Below are positions 50,314 through 61,941 of a stretch of DNA of 64,000 bases, in pieces. The stretch's first letter is position 1, and every line of letters begins with the position of its first letter. A program made the translations under genes and the position numbers. Source of the stretch: Octopus sinensis (Eukaryota). The DNA is taken from positions 30,070,001-30,134,000 of the forward strand of contig NC_043001.1 in assembly GCF_006345805.1 (NCBI RefSeq), in the 5' to 3' direction. The notes under the pieces are model-generated. The model saw only the letters and a list, made by a program, of their open reading frames with translations, was not told the origin of the DNA and did no database searches.

Positions 50314-52143
50314 GTAACAAAGTGTTTTTTTTTTATTATTTTGGTCTTGTATTCTTCAGCATTACTGTTATTCTTTTATTCAGCTTCAAATTTATGCTTT
50401 AATTTCTTATATAGGTTCCATTACATCATCATTATCACTAGTTTAACATTTATACCATTCATTTGTTTTTACATCCATTTTTTTCATGCTAGTATAGGTT
50501 AGACAAATATATTTTCAAGACATTGTTTTACAGCCTGATGCTAACCCTTACCTGTGTTTCAGGTAAGGGATATTTCATTCCACGTCTTCAAAGGAACAAA
50601 GCAAACAGATGACCCACTAATAGAAGAAATGACCTTCAATGCTATTATCTCATTGCACCCCTTACACACATTTCATACCTTCTGCTTATAGCATGAAGAA
50701 ATAATCCTTTCTACTATAGGCACAAGGCCTGAAACCTGTTGGGTGGTGACTAGTTGATTACTTGACCTCAGTGTTGGTACTTAATTTATCGACCCTGAAA
50801 GGATGAAAGGCAAAGTTGCTACCTAAAGTAACAGCTCCCTAAATGTCTATTATATCTTTCTTACTCCAGCTCTCTCTCTTACTCTTTTACTTGTTTCAGT
50901 CACTTGACTGTGGCCATGCTGGAGCACTGCCTTTAATCGAGCAACTCAACCCCAGGACTTATTCTTTTGTAAGCCCAGTACTTATTCTATCAGTCTCTTT
51001 TGCCGAACTGCTAGGTAACGGGGACATAAATCGGTTGTCAAGCAATGCTAGGGGGGACAAACACAGACACACAAACACACACACGCATACATATACATAT
51101 ATACGACGGGCTCCTTTCAATTTCCGTCTACCAAATCCACTCACAAGGCTTTGGTCGGCCTGAGGCTATAGTAGAAGACACTTGCCCAAGGTGCCACGCA
51201 GTGGGACTGAACCCGGAACCATGTGGCTGGTAAACAAGCTACTTACCACACAGCCACTCCTGCGCCTATACTTTCACAACAGCTGCTACACTTTCACTAC
51301 AACTATCTAATTAAATCACTATTTAATTAAACTTTAATTAAATTATTTAAGTAACAGAAACCACCTACAACACTAAGCAGTCCATCTCATCTCTTAAGTT
51401 TTTCACCTGCTATTTTTTCCTTGCATCTAGTATATTAGAACTTCTGGTTCCCTGACAAGCCCTTCCTAACACCAACTTGTACTGGGTGCTCTTTACATAG
51501 CACCAGCAATAGGGAGGTTGCTATATAGCCTGAAAGACCGAGATCTCCTTTTGATTGAAGGAAGTAGCTTTATGATATGGGATAAGGGATTGAGGTGAGA
51601 GAAATAACAGGTTTCTTGCTGTAACAGTGCTACACAGTTATTTATCTCATTGAAAACAGAGCAGAAGTGGTTGGGGCGGAACTGGAAAAAAGATAAAAAT
51701 AGTGGTGATGTAGTGTCAAAGTGGACCCTCGAAATACAAGGTGAGTAGAAGTGAGTGGGTACAGAGACAGGAGTACAGGAAGTGTAGGTGGGATGAGAAG
51801 TCTAGGTGGACAGTGTTTATTTTCTGAGTTCAAACCCTATGGGGATTGTCTTTGATTATTATCTTTGTTGGATTAATAAAATAAATACGATTTAAGTTTT
51901 GATTTTAATCAAATCAACTAAACCCCTCACCCTGAATCTTTTATTTATTTTATTTTTTTTTTGTAAAATAAATCTTAAAGTGGTGATCCAGCATGGCCAA
52001 AAGACAAATGACTGAAACAGTTAAAAGAATAAAAGGAAGTACATGCCATAGATTTAATTTTAATATTTTACTTCTCAGTGTATTGTTTGATATAGATACA
52101 TCCAAACTATTTATTTTTTCTTATTTATTCCTTCTGTAAACAG

Positions 52144-52270
52144 CAATAATTGTACTGGAAGAACAAATAATTAAAGGCATGAACAGTTGTCACCCCAGTA
52201 AAGCAAAAAGGCCACGTCAGAGTTTGAACCCGCCACCAACTGATGTTTCAACCTGGTTGGAATTAGCCAA
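52144..52270 (+). CDS. PRKDC: DNA-PKcs exon 21: IIVLEEQIIKGMNSCHPSKAKRPRQSLNPPPTDVSTWLELAK
   Basis: aacag| and |gtaagt; phase 1/2; resembles human [32 protein letters not shown]. Confidence 0.96.
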
Positions 52271-52384
52271 GTAAGTCTTTCTGTGTCTTAGAAGATCTAT
52301 TGCTTATTCTTCAACATTTTCCTTCAACAGACTTCTGTAGTTTTACTCATCTCTAACATCTGTGGCATGAAGCAAATGAAACAC

Positions 52385-52720
52385 ATAGCTCTCCCTTTCT
52401 CTCTCTCTCTCTCTTTTTATGTCTCACTCTCTCTCTCATTCTCTCTCTCTCTCTCTTAGTCTTTCTTTTTATATATCTCTCTCTCTCTCGTTCTCTCTCT
52501 CTCTTTGTCTTTCTTTTTATATCTCTCTCTTTCTCTCTCTTTTTATGTCTTACTCTCTCTCTCTCTCTTTGTCTTTCTTTTTATATCTCACTCTCTCTCT
52601 CTCTCTCTCTTTGTCTTTCTTTTTATGTCTCACTCTCTTTCTCTTTGTCTTTTTATGTCCTCTCTCTCTCTCTCTCTACCTACTTACCTACCTATTTAAA
52701 CCCACCTACCTACCTACTTA
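52385..52720. repeat. Compound (CT)n/(CTTT)/(CCTA)n low-complexity tract
   Basis: Direct inspection. Confidence 0.9.
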
Positions 52721-52919
52721 TTATTTATCACAGGTAACTTTTCCTATATGAATACACATGACCTAGTAGTTAGGGTGTTGTACATGTAATCATAAGATCA
52801 CAGCTTCAATTCCTAAACTGGGCACTGCATTGTGTTCATGAACAAAATACTTCATTTCACAATGGTCCAGTTCATTCAGTTGCAAAGGAGTTCCAGCAAT
52901 AGCTGAGAATTTAACCCTG

Positions 52920-53459
52920 TGTAATGGAACTGGTTAATTCTTTACACTGTTCGGGTGCAACCAATTTCCTTTCTTTAATTTCCAGAAACTACCAGTCAGG
53001 AACAAGAACGCAACCTTAAAATATATATATAACTCTTTATTTTCTTATTTACAAAAGAAGTACATTGGTATATTGGTATCCACTTGGTTCGATATAGCAA
53101 GGCTGAACTTTAACATTTGTAAGATAAACCTCACAACAAATTCAGCAGCAACAGAGCAGGTCAAATCCTAAGCGTCTGGGACAGGAGAATAGGCTGATCA
53201 CACGTTTAACACGTCCTTTCTCTTCAATAGCCGTGTCTCAAGTCAACGACGCTAACAAGGAACGCGATAGAATTTTCTTCCCCAGTCTCTTGCGCATGTG
53301 CATGAGGGAACTTCCTTAGGCCTTTCCAGAAGGTTCCAGCCCCACACACGCACACTGAAGAATGACGTTCAGCACACGCACTGTGAAGAATTACGTTCCG
53401 CACACGCACACTGAAGAATGATGTTGCGTGTGCGCACACTGGAAAATGACGTCACTACA
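52920..53459 (-). mobile_element. Solo LTR (540 bp) inserted in a SINE
   Basis: TGTAATG...CACTACA inverted termini; 4-bp TSD CCTG (52916-52919, 53460-53463); minus-strand AATAAA; ~33-bp internal direct repeats and TGACGTCA; removal restores aaccctgtaacaaatcagcatcttattcaggg, a SINE-like segment. Confidence 0.8.
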
Positions 53460-54964
53460 CCTGTAACAAATCAGCATCTTATTCAGGGAGGAGTGTAATC
53501 TTATACACCCTGGCCTTATGAATCCTTGGGCTCGTAACAAACAGACCTAAGTCTAACTTTTACTACTGGTAGAATCGAACTCAATACTAAAAGGGGCCAA
53601 AACTACCTGCGTTGAATTATGCCACTTAACGGTAGCTATTTCAAACAAGCTGCAATCAGTTGTTTAGAAATGTTTCGTGCCAGTGGCACGTAAAAGGGCA
53701 CCATTCGAGCGTGGTCGTTACCAATGTCACCTTACTGGCACCTGTGCCAGTGGCATGTGTAAAAAGATTCGAGCGAGGTCATTGCCAGTACCGCCTGACT
53801 GGCCCCCGTGCCATGGCACATAAAAGGGCACCATTCAAGCGTGATCATTACCAACGTCGCCTTATTGGCACCTGTGCAAAAAGATTCGAGTGAGGTCGTT
53901 GCCAGTACCCCCTGACTAGCCCTGTGCCAGTGACACATTAAAGCACCCACTACACTCTTGAAGTGGTTGGCGTTAGGAAGGGCATCCAGCTGTAGAAACT
54001 CTGCCAGATCAAGATTGAAGCCTGGTGCAGCCATCTTGTTCGCCAGCCCTCAGTCAAAATCGTCCAACCCATGCTAGCATGGAAAGCGGACGTTAAACGA
54101 TGATGATGATGATAGATACAATATAGTAACTGGTTTTGAACTGCAAATCTCTCAGCTAGTTTTCCACCTTAGTACTAATCATAGATATCATATCCATAGT
54201 TTCAGATTTGAACTGTAATTTGCAATAACTGGTTTTTTTTATTTGTTCCTTTTTTTTCCTTTTTTTTTTCATCCTTTCCTCTTAAGCTGACTATCTTCCA
54301 ATTTCTATAGCATCAAACAGTTACAATTCATATCATCCTTTACGTATGATGATGGTCTGTTGTAAGATTTCTTTGAAAGATCTTTATATCACTAAACAAT
54401 TATTTCAAATGGTTTGTGTTCACATTTCATCATCATCATCATCGTTTAACGTCCGTTTTCCATGCTAGCATGGGTCGGACGGTTTGACCGGGGTCTGGGA
54501 AGCCAGGAGGCTGCACCAGGCTCCAGTCTGATCTGGCAGTATTTCTACAGCTGGATGCTCTTCCTAGTGCCAACCACTCCATGAGTGTAGTGGGTGCTTT
54601 TTATGTTCCACTGGCACAGGTGCCAGGGGAGGCTGGCAACATCCACGATCGGTTGGTGCTTTTTACATGCCACCGGCACAGGTACCACAACTACAATTTC
54701 CATTTGATTTTTATTTTGATATTGATGTACTTGACTCAATAGGTCTCCTCAAGCTCGGCAGGTCGCCCTACGATCCAAGGTAAGCACAGCAGGCCGTCCT
54801 GCGATCCAAGGTACTTTGAATGGGCTGGGGCTACAATGTGAAGCTGGTGCAGTTCAGTAAATTTAAATTTGACTAAATATGGTTTCTTTTCTTTCTTTTT
54901 TTTCTTAATATTTTGCTATTGCTTTCTTGCTTTTAATTATATGAATTGAATTTCTTTAATACAG

Positions 54965-55103
54965 ACTTTATAAATCAATCAATGAATATGATTCAGTTTT
55001 GGGCATTTTCAAAGATAACGTTGGTTGTCAAGAAGTTAGTAAGATGGCCATAAAAGCAGAAATTCGTGGTGATTACTCAGAGGCTATTAAACACTATGTT
55101 ACG
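54965..55103 (+). CDS. PRKDC: DNA-PKcs exon 22 (FAT): LYKSINEYDSVLGIFKDNVGCQEVSKMAIKAEIRGDYSEAIKHYVT
   Basis: tacag| and |gtaatc; resembles human LYRSIGEYDVLRGIF..ALLAEARSDYSEAAKQYDE. Confidence 0.97.
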
Positions 55104-55179
55104 GTAATCATTTTAAATATAAATTATTTAATATTTTTTTCTTTTTGTTTAATATCCTTAGTAATGACCAAAAACACAA

Positions 55180-55660
55180 AAAAAAAACTTGCAATAGAAG
55201 ACGTACATCATCTAGAAAGAGTCCAGATGGTTCTTGGTCTCAAGCATTTGTCTTATGAAGAAAGGCCGAAGACTCTCGACCTTTATTCTCTCGAAAAACG
55301 ACGACGCCGTGGTGATCTTATTCTCACTCATAACATCATAAGCGGAAATTGTAACCTCTCAAAATAGCTGTTCTTCACTCCTGCTCCAGAGTGTGGGCTG
55401 CAGGGTCACTTCGAAAATCTCTATCTACAACAATTTCATCTCAATCGAAGGAGAGGGGCTTTCTCCGTCCGGGTTGCGGATCCGTGGAATAAGCTGCCAG
55501 ACAAGATAGTGAAGATGCCGACAACCGCTCGGTTCAAAGTCTCTCTTGACCAGAAATGGCCTGAACTCTTTGTATGACCACCCTCCCTGAACATAACTCC
55601 CTGTCACCCTACATGGCCTTGCTTTTGCTTTTTGAGCCAATAAAAATTGAATTAACCTAG
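55180..55660 (+). mobile_element. 5'-truncated CR1/L2-type LINE
   Basis: LERVQ..LSYEER..LYSLEKRRRRGDLI..FSVRVADPWNKLP..FKVSLD then 3'UTR with aataaa. Confidence 0.9.
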
Positions 55661-55944
55661 ATAGTTGAAATTTATTCAGTATCTTATTATGATAGTGATT
55701 ATGCAGCAATATGTATACATGTGATTGGAAACCCTTCTTTTATCACCCTTCCTAAGTAAGTCAAACTATAGAAATTTTGTGTAAAAGTAATTTCAAGACC
55801 AAAGCTGAATCTTCTTAACATACCAAAACCCAGGATCTTTAGTTTAATAATCTCACACAAGTAAACTTTTTCAACTGTCAGTGAATGTCCTCATAATTTT
55901 AGTAATATATAGATACTATCATTAAAATGGGACTATTTTGCTAA

Positions 55945-56630
55945 TCATCATCATTGTTTAACATCCGTTTTCCATGCTAGCACGGGTTGGATGGTTCACC
56001 CGGGGTCTGGGAAGCCAGGAGGCTGCACCAGGCTCCAGTCTGATCTGGCAGTGTTTCTACAGCTGGATGCCCTTCCTAACACCAACCACTCCGTGAGCGT
56101 AGTGGGTGCTTTTTACGTGCCACTGGCACAGATGCCAGTGGGGGCAGGCAGCAGCCATGAACAGTTGGTGCTTTTTATGTGCCACCAGCACAGAAGCCAG
56201 TCAAGGCGGCGCTGGCATCGGCCACGTTTGGATGGTACTCTTTACGTGCCACTGGCACAGGTATCACAACTACAATTTCCATTCGATATTTATTTTGATG
56301 TACTTGACTCAATAGGTCTCCTCAAGCACAGCAGGTCACCCTATGATCCAAGGTAAGCACTGCAGGTCGTTCTGCAATCCAAGGTACTTTGGATGGGCTG
56401 GGGCTATGCGAAACTAGTACAGGAAACAGCCATGAACTCACATTATTTGTCGGGTCTTTGGAGTCACAGCATATCTCCAGAGATCTCGGTCTTTCGTCAT
56501 TGCCTCTGTGAGGCCCGATGTTCAAAGTTCATGCTTGACCACCTCATCCCATGTCTTCCTGGGTCTACCTCTCCCCCAGATACCTTCAACTGTTTGGGAG
56601 TGGCACTTCTTCACACATCTCTCATGAAAT
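55945..56630 (-). mobile_element. 5'-truncated RTE LINE linking the (GAT)n-tailed repeat to an RTE ORF C-terminus
   Basis: Minus strand VEGIWGRGRPRKTWDEVVKHEL*..MTKDRDLWRYAV (RTE GRPRKTW motif) upstream of the shared 3' tail. Confidence 0.85.
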
Positions 56631-57216
56631 AAAATATATTAAATGGCAGGGAGATTAAAAATTAAGTTTGTTTATTTTATGCAATTTAATAGCTTTCCTT
56701 TACATGTTTTAGATTTATCTGAAATCTATGCAGTCAAAATTCTCACAGATCATATCCTTAATTAAAGGTTATATTGAATAATAAAGTCCCTGGTATTCAG
56801 TCAATGAGATTTTTTGTGTGAGAAAGCCAGTTTTTGTGCATACATATTGTGCTTCCTAAATCTCGGTTCATATGTTTATGTAGACTTCTAGTTATGATAT
56901 GGTAGGATGTGATTTAAGGGAAATTTGGCTGCTGCATATTGGTTGCACACCTTTGTCATGTTTATAATTGCATTTTTAGATTTATGCTACTGGAATATAG
57001 ACTTTTTTTTTTCTTTCGGTTGAGTTAATGCAGATAGCAGTTTTTAGTGCTGTACTATAAATTTCTAATGTACTGTGAAATGCTAACCTTTCAATGCACA
57101 AATACATTGCTTTTTTTTTTACTTTAATCATCATGTTTTGGCATGTGATATTCCAATTCTTACAAAAGCGATATTTTTAATAAATATTCAGATTTTCTGC
57201 GATTTTTATTTTTAAG

Positions 57217-57273
57217 GCTATTGAGTTGAGCACAAAGGAAGAACTTTGCACTTGGCACCACTGTTATATACAG
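57217..57273 (+). CDS. PRKDC: DNA-PKcs exon 23: AIELSTKEELCTWHHCYIQ
   Basis: tttaag| and |gtgagt; 57 nt, phase 0/0; aligns to human AL...TEAEKDFWELASLD, shorter. Confidence 0.8.
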
Positions 57274-57290
57274 GTGAGTTTCAAATTTAA

Positions 57291-58075
57291 CCCTTTTGAT
57301 AGCAATCAACCTGAAACTGCCTTAGGTTCTGTGGTACAAAACTTCCTGTTTTAAATTGATTTAAATCAAAACCATTTATTAAATTTCACATTTATATCCA
57401 CGGCAGTTTTTGCCTATTTTGTATATCACACAAGATACAAGCTCCTTGCCTGTCCTATTTATCACATGTGATACACCAGACATACACCCTGGCATCCATG
57501 CATCATACTCTTTATTCTTTACTCTTTTACTTGTTTCAGTCATTTGACTGTGGCCATGTTGGAGCACAGCCTTTAGTTGAGCAAATCGACCCCAGGACTT
57601 ATTTTTTTGAAGCCTAATACTTATTCTATCGGTCTCTTTTTGCCAAACCACTAAGTTACGGGGACATAAACACACCAACATCGGTTGTCAAGCAATGTTG
57701 GGGGAACAAACACAGACACACAAACATATATACACATATACATATATATATGACAGGCCTCTTTCAGTTTCTGTCTACCAAATCCACTCACAAGGCTTTG
57801 AGTGGATAGGCCCAAAGCTATAGTATAAGACACTTGCCCAAGGTGCCACACAGTCAGAATGAACCCAGAACCATGTGGTTGGTAAGCAAGCTACTTACCA
57901 CACAGCCACTCTAATACACATTCCAATTTTTTTCCAACAACAAGAGTGACTTGGCACTTATGAAAGGAAAGCTTTATATCACTCAGAATGTATGAAACAA
58001 GGGCTAACTAAAAATCGGAAGACAAATATAGATGTTTCGGACAAGCTTATGAAAATGTTTTGGCCTGGAAAAGGG
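57291..58075. mobile_element. TTAA-flanked piggyBac-type element with a nested SINE
   Basis: TTAA|ccctttt ... aaaaggg|TTAA; starts 17 bp after the exon 23 donor. Confidence 0.6.
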
Positions 58076-58316
58076 TTAATAATGATAAAGTTCTTTTACT
58101 AAATTCTTTAATACTTTGAAAATTAATTGAAATGAAGGAACAATAAAAAAAAAATGTAGTAATACATTGCAAAATTTTGACTGTTTTGTTTCTTCAGTTC
58201 CATAAAGTACAATTTTTGCTATTCTTCCGTATTCTATCAAACTAATTAAAAGTAATTGTTGAAATCTCCATGTCAATTGCATATTTCAAAATGGAAATCT
58301 TAAATCTCATTTGTAG

Positions 58317-58424
58317 TGTCTGGAAAATTTGAGCAGATGGGACAAAGTGGAAAAAGAGTGTGTACATGGTATAGATCCAGAAAATGGTGACTTTACCAAA
58401 GTTTTGGATGATTCTTTCAATCAA
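58317..58424 (+). CDS. PRKDC: DNA-PKcs exon 24: CLENLSRWDKVEKECVHGIDPENGDFTKVLDDSFNQ
   Basis: tgtag| and |gtaaga; resembles human [37 protein letters not shown]. Confidence 0.95.
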
Positions 58425-59439
58425 GTAAGAACAGTCTCTCATAATTTGTCCAATTGTAGTAATTTTAAAATGATAATTGTAATAATTGAACTAATGTTCA
58501 ATTGTGTTCATTCATTCAGAATTACAACCGTGTTTCGTGGTCTGTTACCACAACAGCTCCTTTATAGGATCCAGTTAGCTCAAGACATCGTCAGGAGGAA
58601 CCACGTCCAGTTTCGGCCCCTACTCCTCTACCGTTTTGACGTGGCGGGGCCCCCCCTTTTGGAGGTATCTTCAGCTCTGGTGTTGGGTGCATGTCTTCTT
58701 TCTTCTTCTTTCTTCTGTTCCCTGGCCTCTTCGATGTATCATCAGCGAGTGTCAGCCGGTGACTGACTGTCATGTCAAATTTTTCCCTTTAAATACCTGC
58801 TGCATAGGCTCCAGCAGGCAGCCACAGCATCTGCTTCTCAATACTTACTTGGGTTAGATGAATGCATTGTTTTTACAGTAACTCTTGCCTGTTTTTCTAC
58901 CAAGAATTTTTCATTTCACTCATCTTCAAAAACACAAAGCTAGTAGACAGTTTTTTTAACAAGAAAACATCAATAGCACATTTGTTAGCTCAGTACCTTT
59001 TTCATACAACACATATTCACACACACACAAACACTCACTCATACAATGCATATTCACAAACACACACACACTCATATATATATGTATATATATATAAATT
59101 CAAGTGGAAATTGTAGTTAAGACACCCGTGCTGGTGACACATAAAAAGCACCATCTGAACGTGGCAGATACCAGTGCCGCCTGGCTGGCATCCGTGTCGG
59201 TGACACGTAAAAGCACCAACCGATCGTGGCCATTTGGGAGCCTGCTCTGGCCCCTGTGCCGGTGGCACGTAAAAAGCACCCACTACACTCACAGAGTGGT
59301 TGGCATTAGGAAGGGCATCCAGCTGTAGAAACACTGCCTAATCAGACTAGAGCCAGGTGCAGCCTCCATGGCTTCCAGACCCCAGTTGAACCATCCAACC
59401 CATGCTAGCATGAAAAACGAACATTAAATGATGATGATG

Positions 59440-59471
<32 letters not shown>

Positions 59472-59474
<3 letters not shown>

Positions 59475-60790
59475 GAAGGGGTGCTGAAAAGTTCTGCAAT
59501 AAAAAAAATATACAGGAAGATCAGTTAATTATGATTCACACACTTATTGCAATGGTCCTTCAGTTTTTTTAAGCCTTGTAAAAGAACTCGGAAGGCTGGG
59601 ACTCTATCAGGCCTCTGTAGCAGCAATCACTTCTGAATCAGAGTGAAATTTCATTGTTGTGGAATGAGGTGATAGTCAGAAGAGCCAAGTTAGGTGAGTA
59701 AGATGGGTGGTCTACCAATTTGAAGCCAAAGTCAGGTATTTTCTGTAGAGTTTCATGCTCTTCACAATGTTTCTGCTTCAACGCTTCGTGGAGTTCATCC
59801 AACAGAGGCGTGTTGTATTCAGTTTTGATGGTGCAACCCTTTGGCAGGTATTTTATGAGGAGTTACGGAGATGTACTTGCATAGCAAGTGATTTGATCTG
59901 AGATCGTGTGCTGAAACGAAAACAATTGCAGCGTGGAAGGTGTTTGTAAGCCATTTAAGAAACACACAAAAGCCGTTCGATTCACTTCAACATTTAAATT
60001 TAATTTGTCAAAATATTTTCGTTGCTTTAAGACCACGACGGAATTTTGTCAGTGAACAGTCGCAGTCTTAAAGCGACGAAAATATTTTGACAAATTAAAC
60101 TTAAATGTTGAAGTGAATCGAACGGCTTTTGTGTGTTTCTTAAATGGCTTACAAACACCTTCTTTGCTGCAATTGTTTTATGAGGAGTATTCCATTTTTA
60201 TCCCAGAATGCTGAAGCCATAATATTTCCAGCTGACTTCTGGGCCCAAAACTTATTGGGACGCAGTGAACTGCTGTGGCACCATTTCATTGATTGCTGCT
60301 TGGTCTGGGGTTCATAATGATGAAGCCAAGTTTCATCCATGATGACTAAATGAGACATAAAATCAGCCTCTCCTGCTGCAAACTGGTCCAAAATCGCATT
60401 TACTGTCATTACTCTGATGTACTTCTGATCTTTGTTGAGTCATTTCACCATCCATTTTGCAGAAAGCTTTCTCATGTCCAGAATGTTGTGGATGATGTGG
60501 CCATCTCTTTCACTAGAAATCCTCAGAATCTTGGCTATTACTTTAGCTGAAATCCAATGGTCCTCAGGAATCATAACATGCACAACATCAGCTTTCGTCT
60601 TCTGTGGTCACAGAAGTTGATTGTCTTGACCGGGGTTCAACTGAGACCATGAAATGATCAGTCTGAAACCATGACACCCAGATTTTCACTGTGGAGTAAG
60701 ATGAGCAGTCATCCTTGGAGACTTCTTTCATCTCACCATGGATTTCGGCCACTCCTTTGCCTTTGCAAAAAGAGGAACTTCATGACTGCC
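59472..60790 (-). pseudogene. Decayed mariner transposase, interrupted by a palindromic MITE
   Basis: MRKLSAKW, IMDETWLHHYEPQTKQQSMKW..SAGNIMASAFWDKNGILLIK|YLPKG.., LGSSDYHLI; gaaggggtgctgaaaagttc TIR. Confidence 0.88.
59865..60179. mobile_element. Palindromic (foldback) MITE inside the mariner
   Basis: 59919-60179 are inverted arms of ~115 bp; ttttatgaggagt is duplicated at approx. 59852-59864 and 60176-60188. Confidence 0.85.
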
Positions 60791-60829
60791 CATGCTTCAG
60801 TTTTACTAAAATCCACTGTAGAGGCTGCC

Positions 60830-61410
60830 ACCATGTGTTAAATCTGCAAAAAAGAGAAAGATATATTGTATACCATCATGAAGTTCAGGGAATTTGGAGC
60901 ATTATTATATGGGAAAAGGTTCTCATTGAAGACGAAAGGAAAGGTCTATAGGAGTTTTGTGAGAGCTGCAATGCTGTATGGGAATGAGAAATGGTGTTTG
61001 ACAGAGAGAGAGAGAGAGATGGCAGTTTTGAAAAGGACTGAGAGAGAAATGTGTGGCATGAGGCTGTTTGATAAGAGGAGGACTGAGGACTTGATGGGGA
61101 TGCTGGGGTTGGAGGAATCAGTGGAACGGCTGGCAAGGGCAAATGAAATTTGGTGGTATGGGCATGTGTTGAGGAGGGATGAGGAGCACGTTCTGAAAAG
61201 GGTGCTAGAGTTTGAGGTGAATGGATGGCAAAAGCAAGGTAGACTGAAGAAAATGTGCAAGGAACAAGTGGAGGAAGAGATTGGGAGGGTTGGCTTGAGA
61301 AGGGAAGATGCCCAAAACCGGGCAAGTTGGCGAGATGGTATGAGGGTGGTTGCTTTGGTATTGAGGTAGATCTGTCTCCCCCTTGTTAACAGGGACAAAA
61401 CCCAGATTCA
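60830..61410 (+). mobile_element. 5'-truncated RTE-clade LINE (ORF 60866-61369)
   Basis: LKTKGKVY..VRAAMLYG.E.W..WYGHVLRRD..GR.KK..AQNRASWR; (GATG)n tail. Confidence 0.9.
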
Positions 61411-61599
61411 AAATGATGGATGGATGGATCGTGATTTTCTGGTTATCTTCTCCTAAATAGTTGTCCTCCCTCCCTTGTAAAGGTAACAGCCCTACCCTTT
61501 TGGAATACCCTTAAAGCCAGGAACCTTTCAGCACTCCCTTGTATGTATCATCATTATCATCATTTAACATCCGCTTTCCATGCTAGCATGGGTGTTATA

Positions 61600-61661
<62 letters not shown>

Positions 61662-61899
61662 ATATACATACACACACACACACTAATATTGAACAGTGAA
61701 GATGAGTGCTTAACACTGCATTGGTGGATGAATATTGTTTATTTGTGGGTTAACAAAGCAACCAATGGTTTCATGTGTAAAGACCTTCACAATTGTTCAA
61801 GTGTGCTACATGAAAATGTTGGTATATGTTTCCATTTTGGATGAAGTATTCTCATTCATGTGGCACACTTGCTTGCTTTGTTAACATGTACATAAAAAA

Positions 61900-61941
<42 letters not shown>

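Noticed and set aside
52920-53507. Alternative LTR boundary with a 5-bp CCCTG duplication
   Set aside because: The 53459 end gives better terminal inverted symmetry and restores the host SINE sequence.
54999-55367. 122-aa ORF suggesting a PRKDC-LINE fusion
   Set aside because: Exon 22 has a GT donor at 55104 and the next exon is in phase; read-through into the CR1 fragment would need intron retention, for which I see no evidence.
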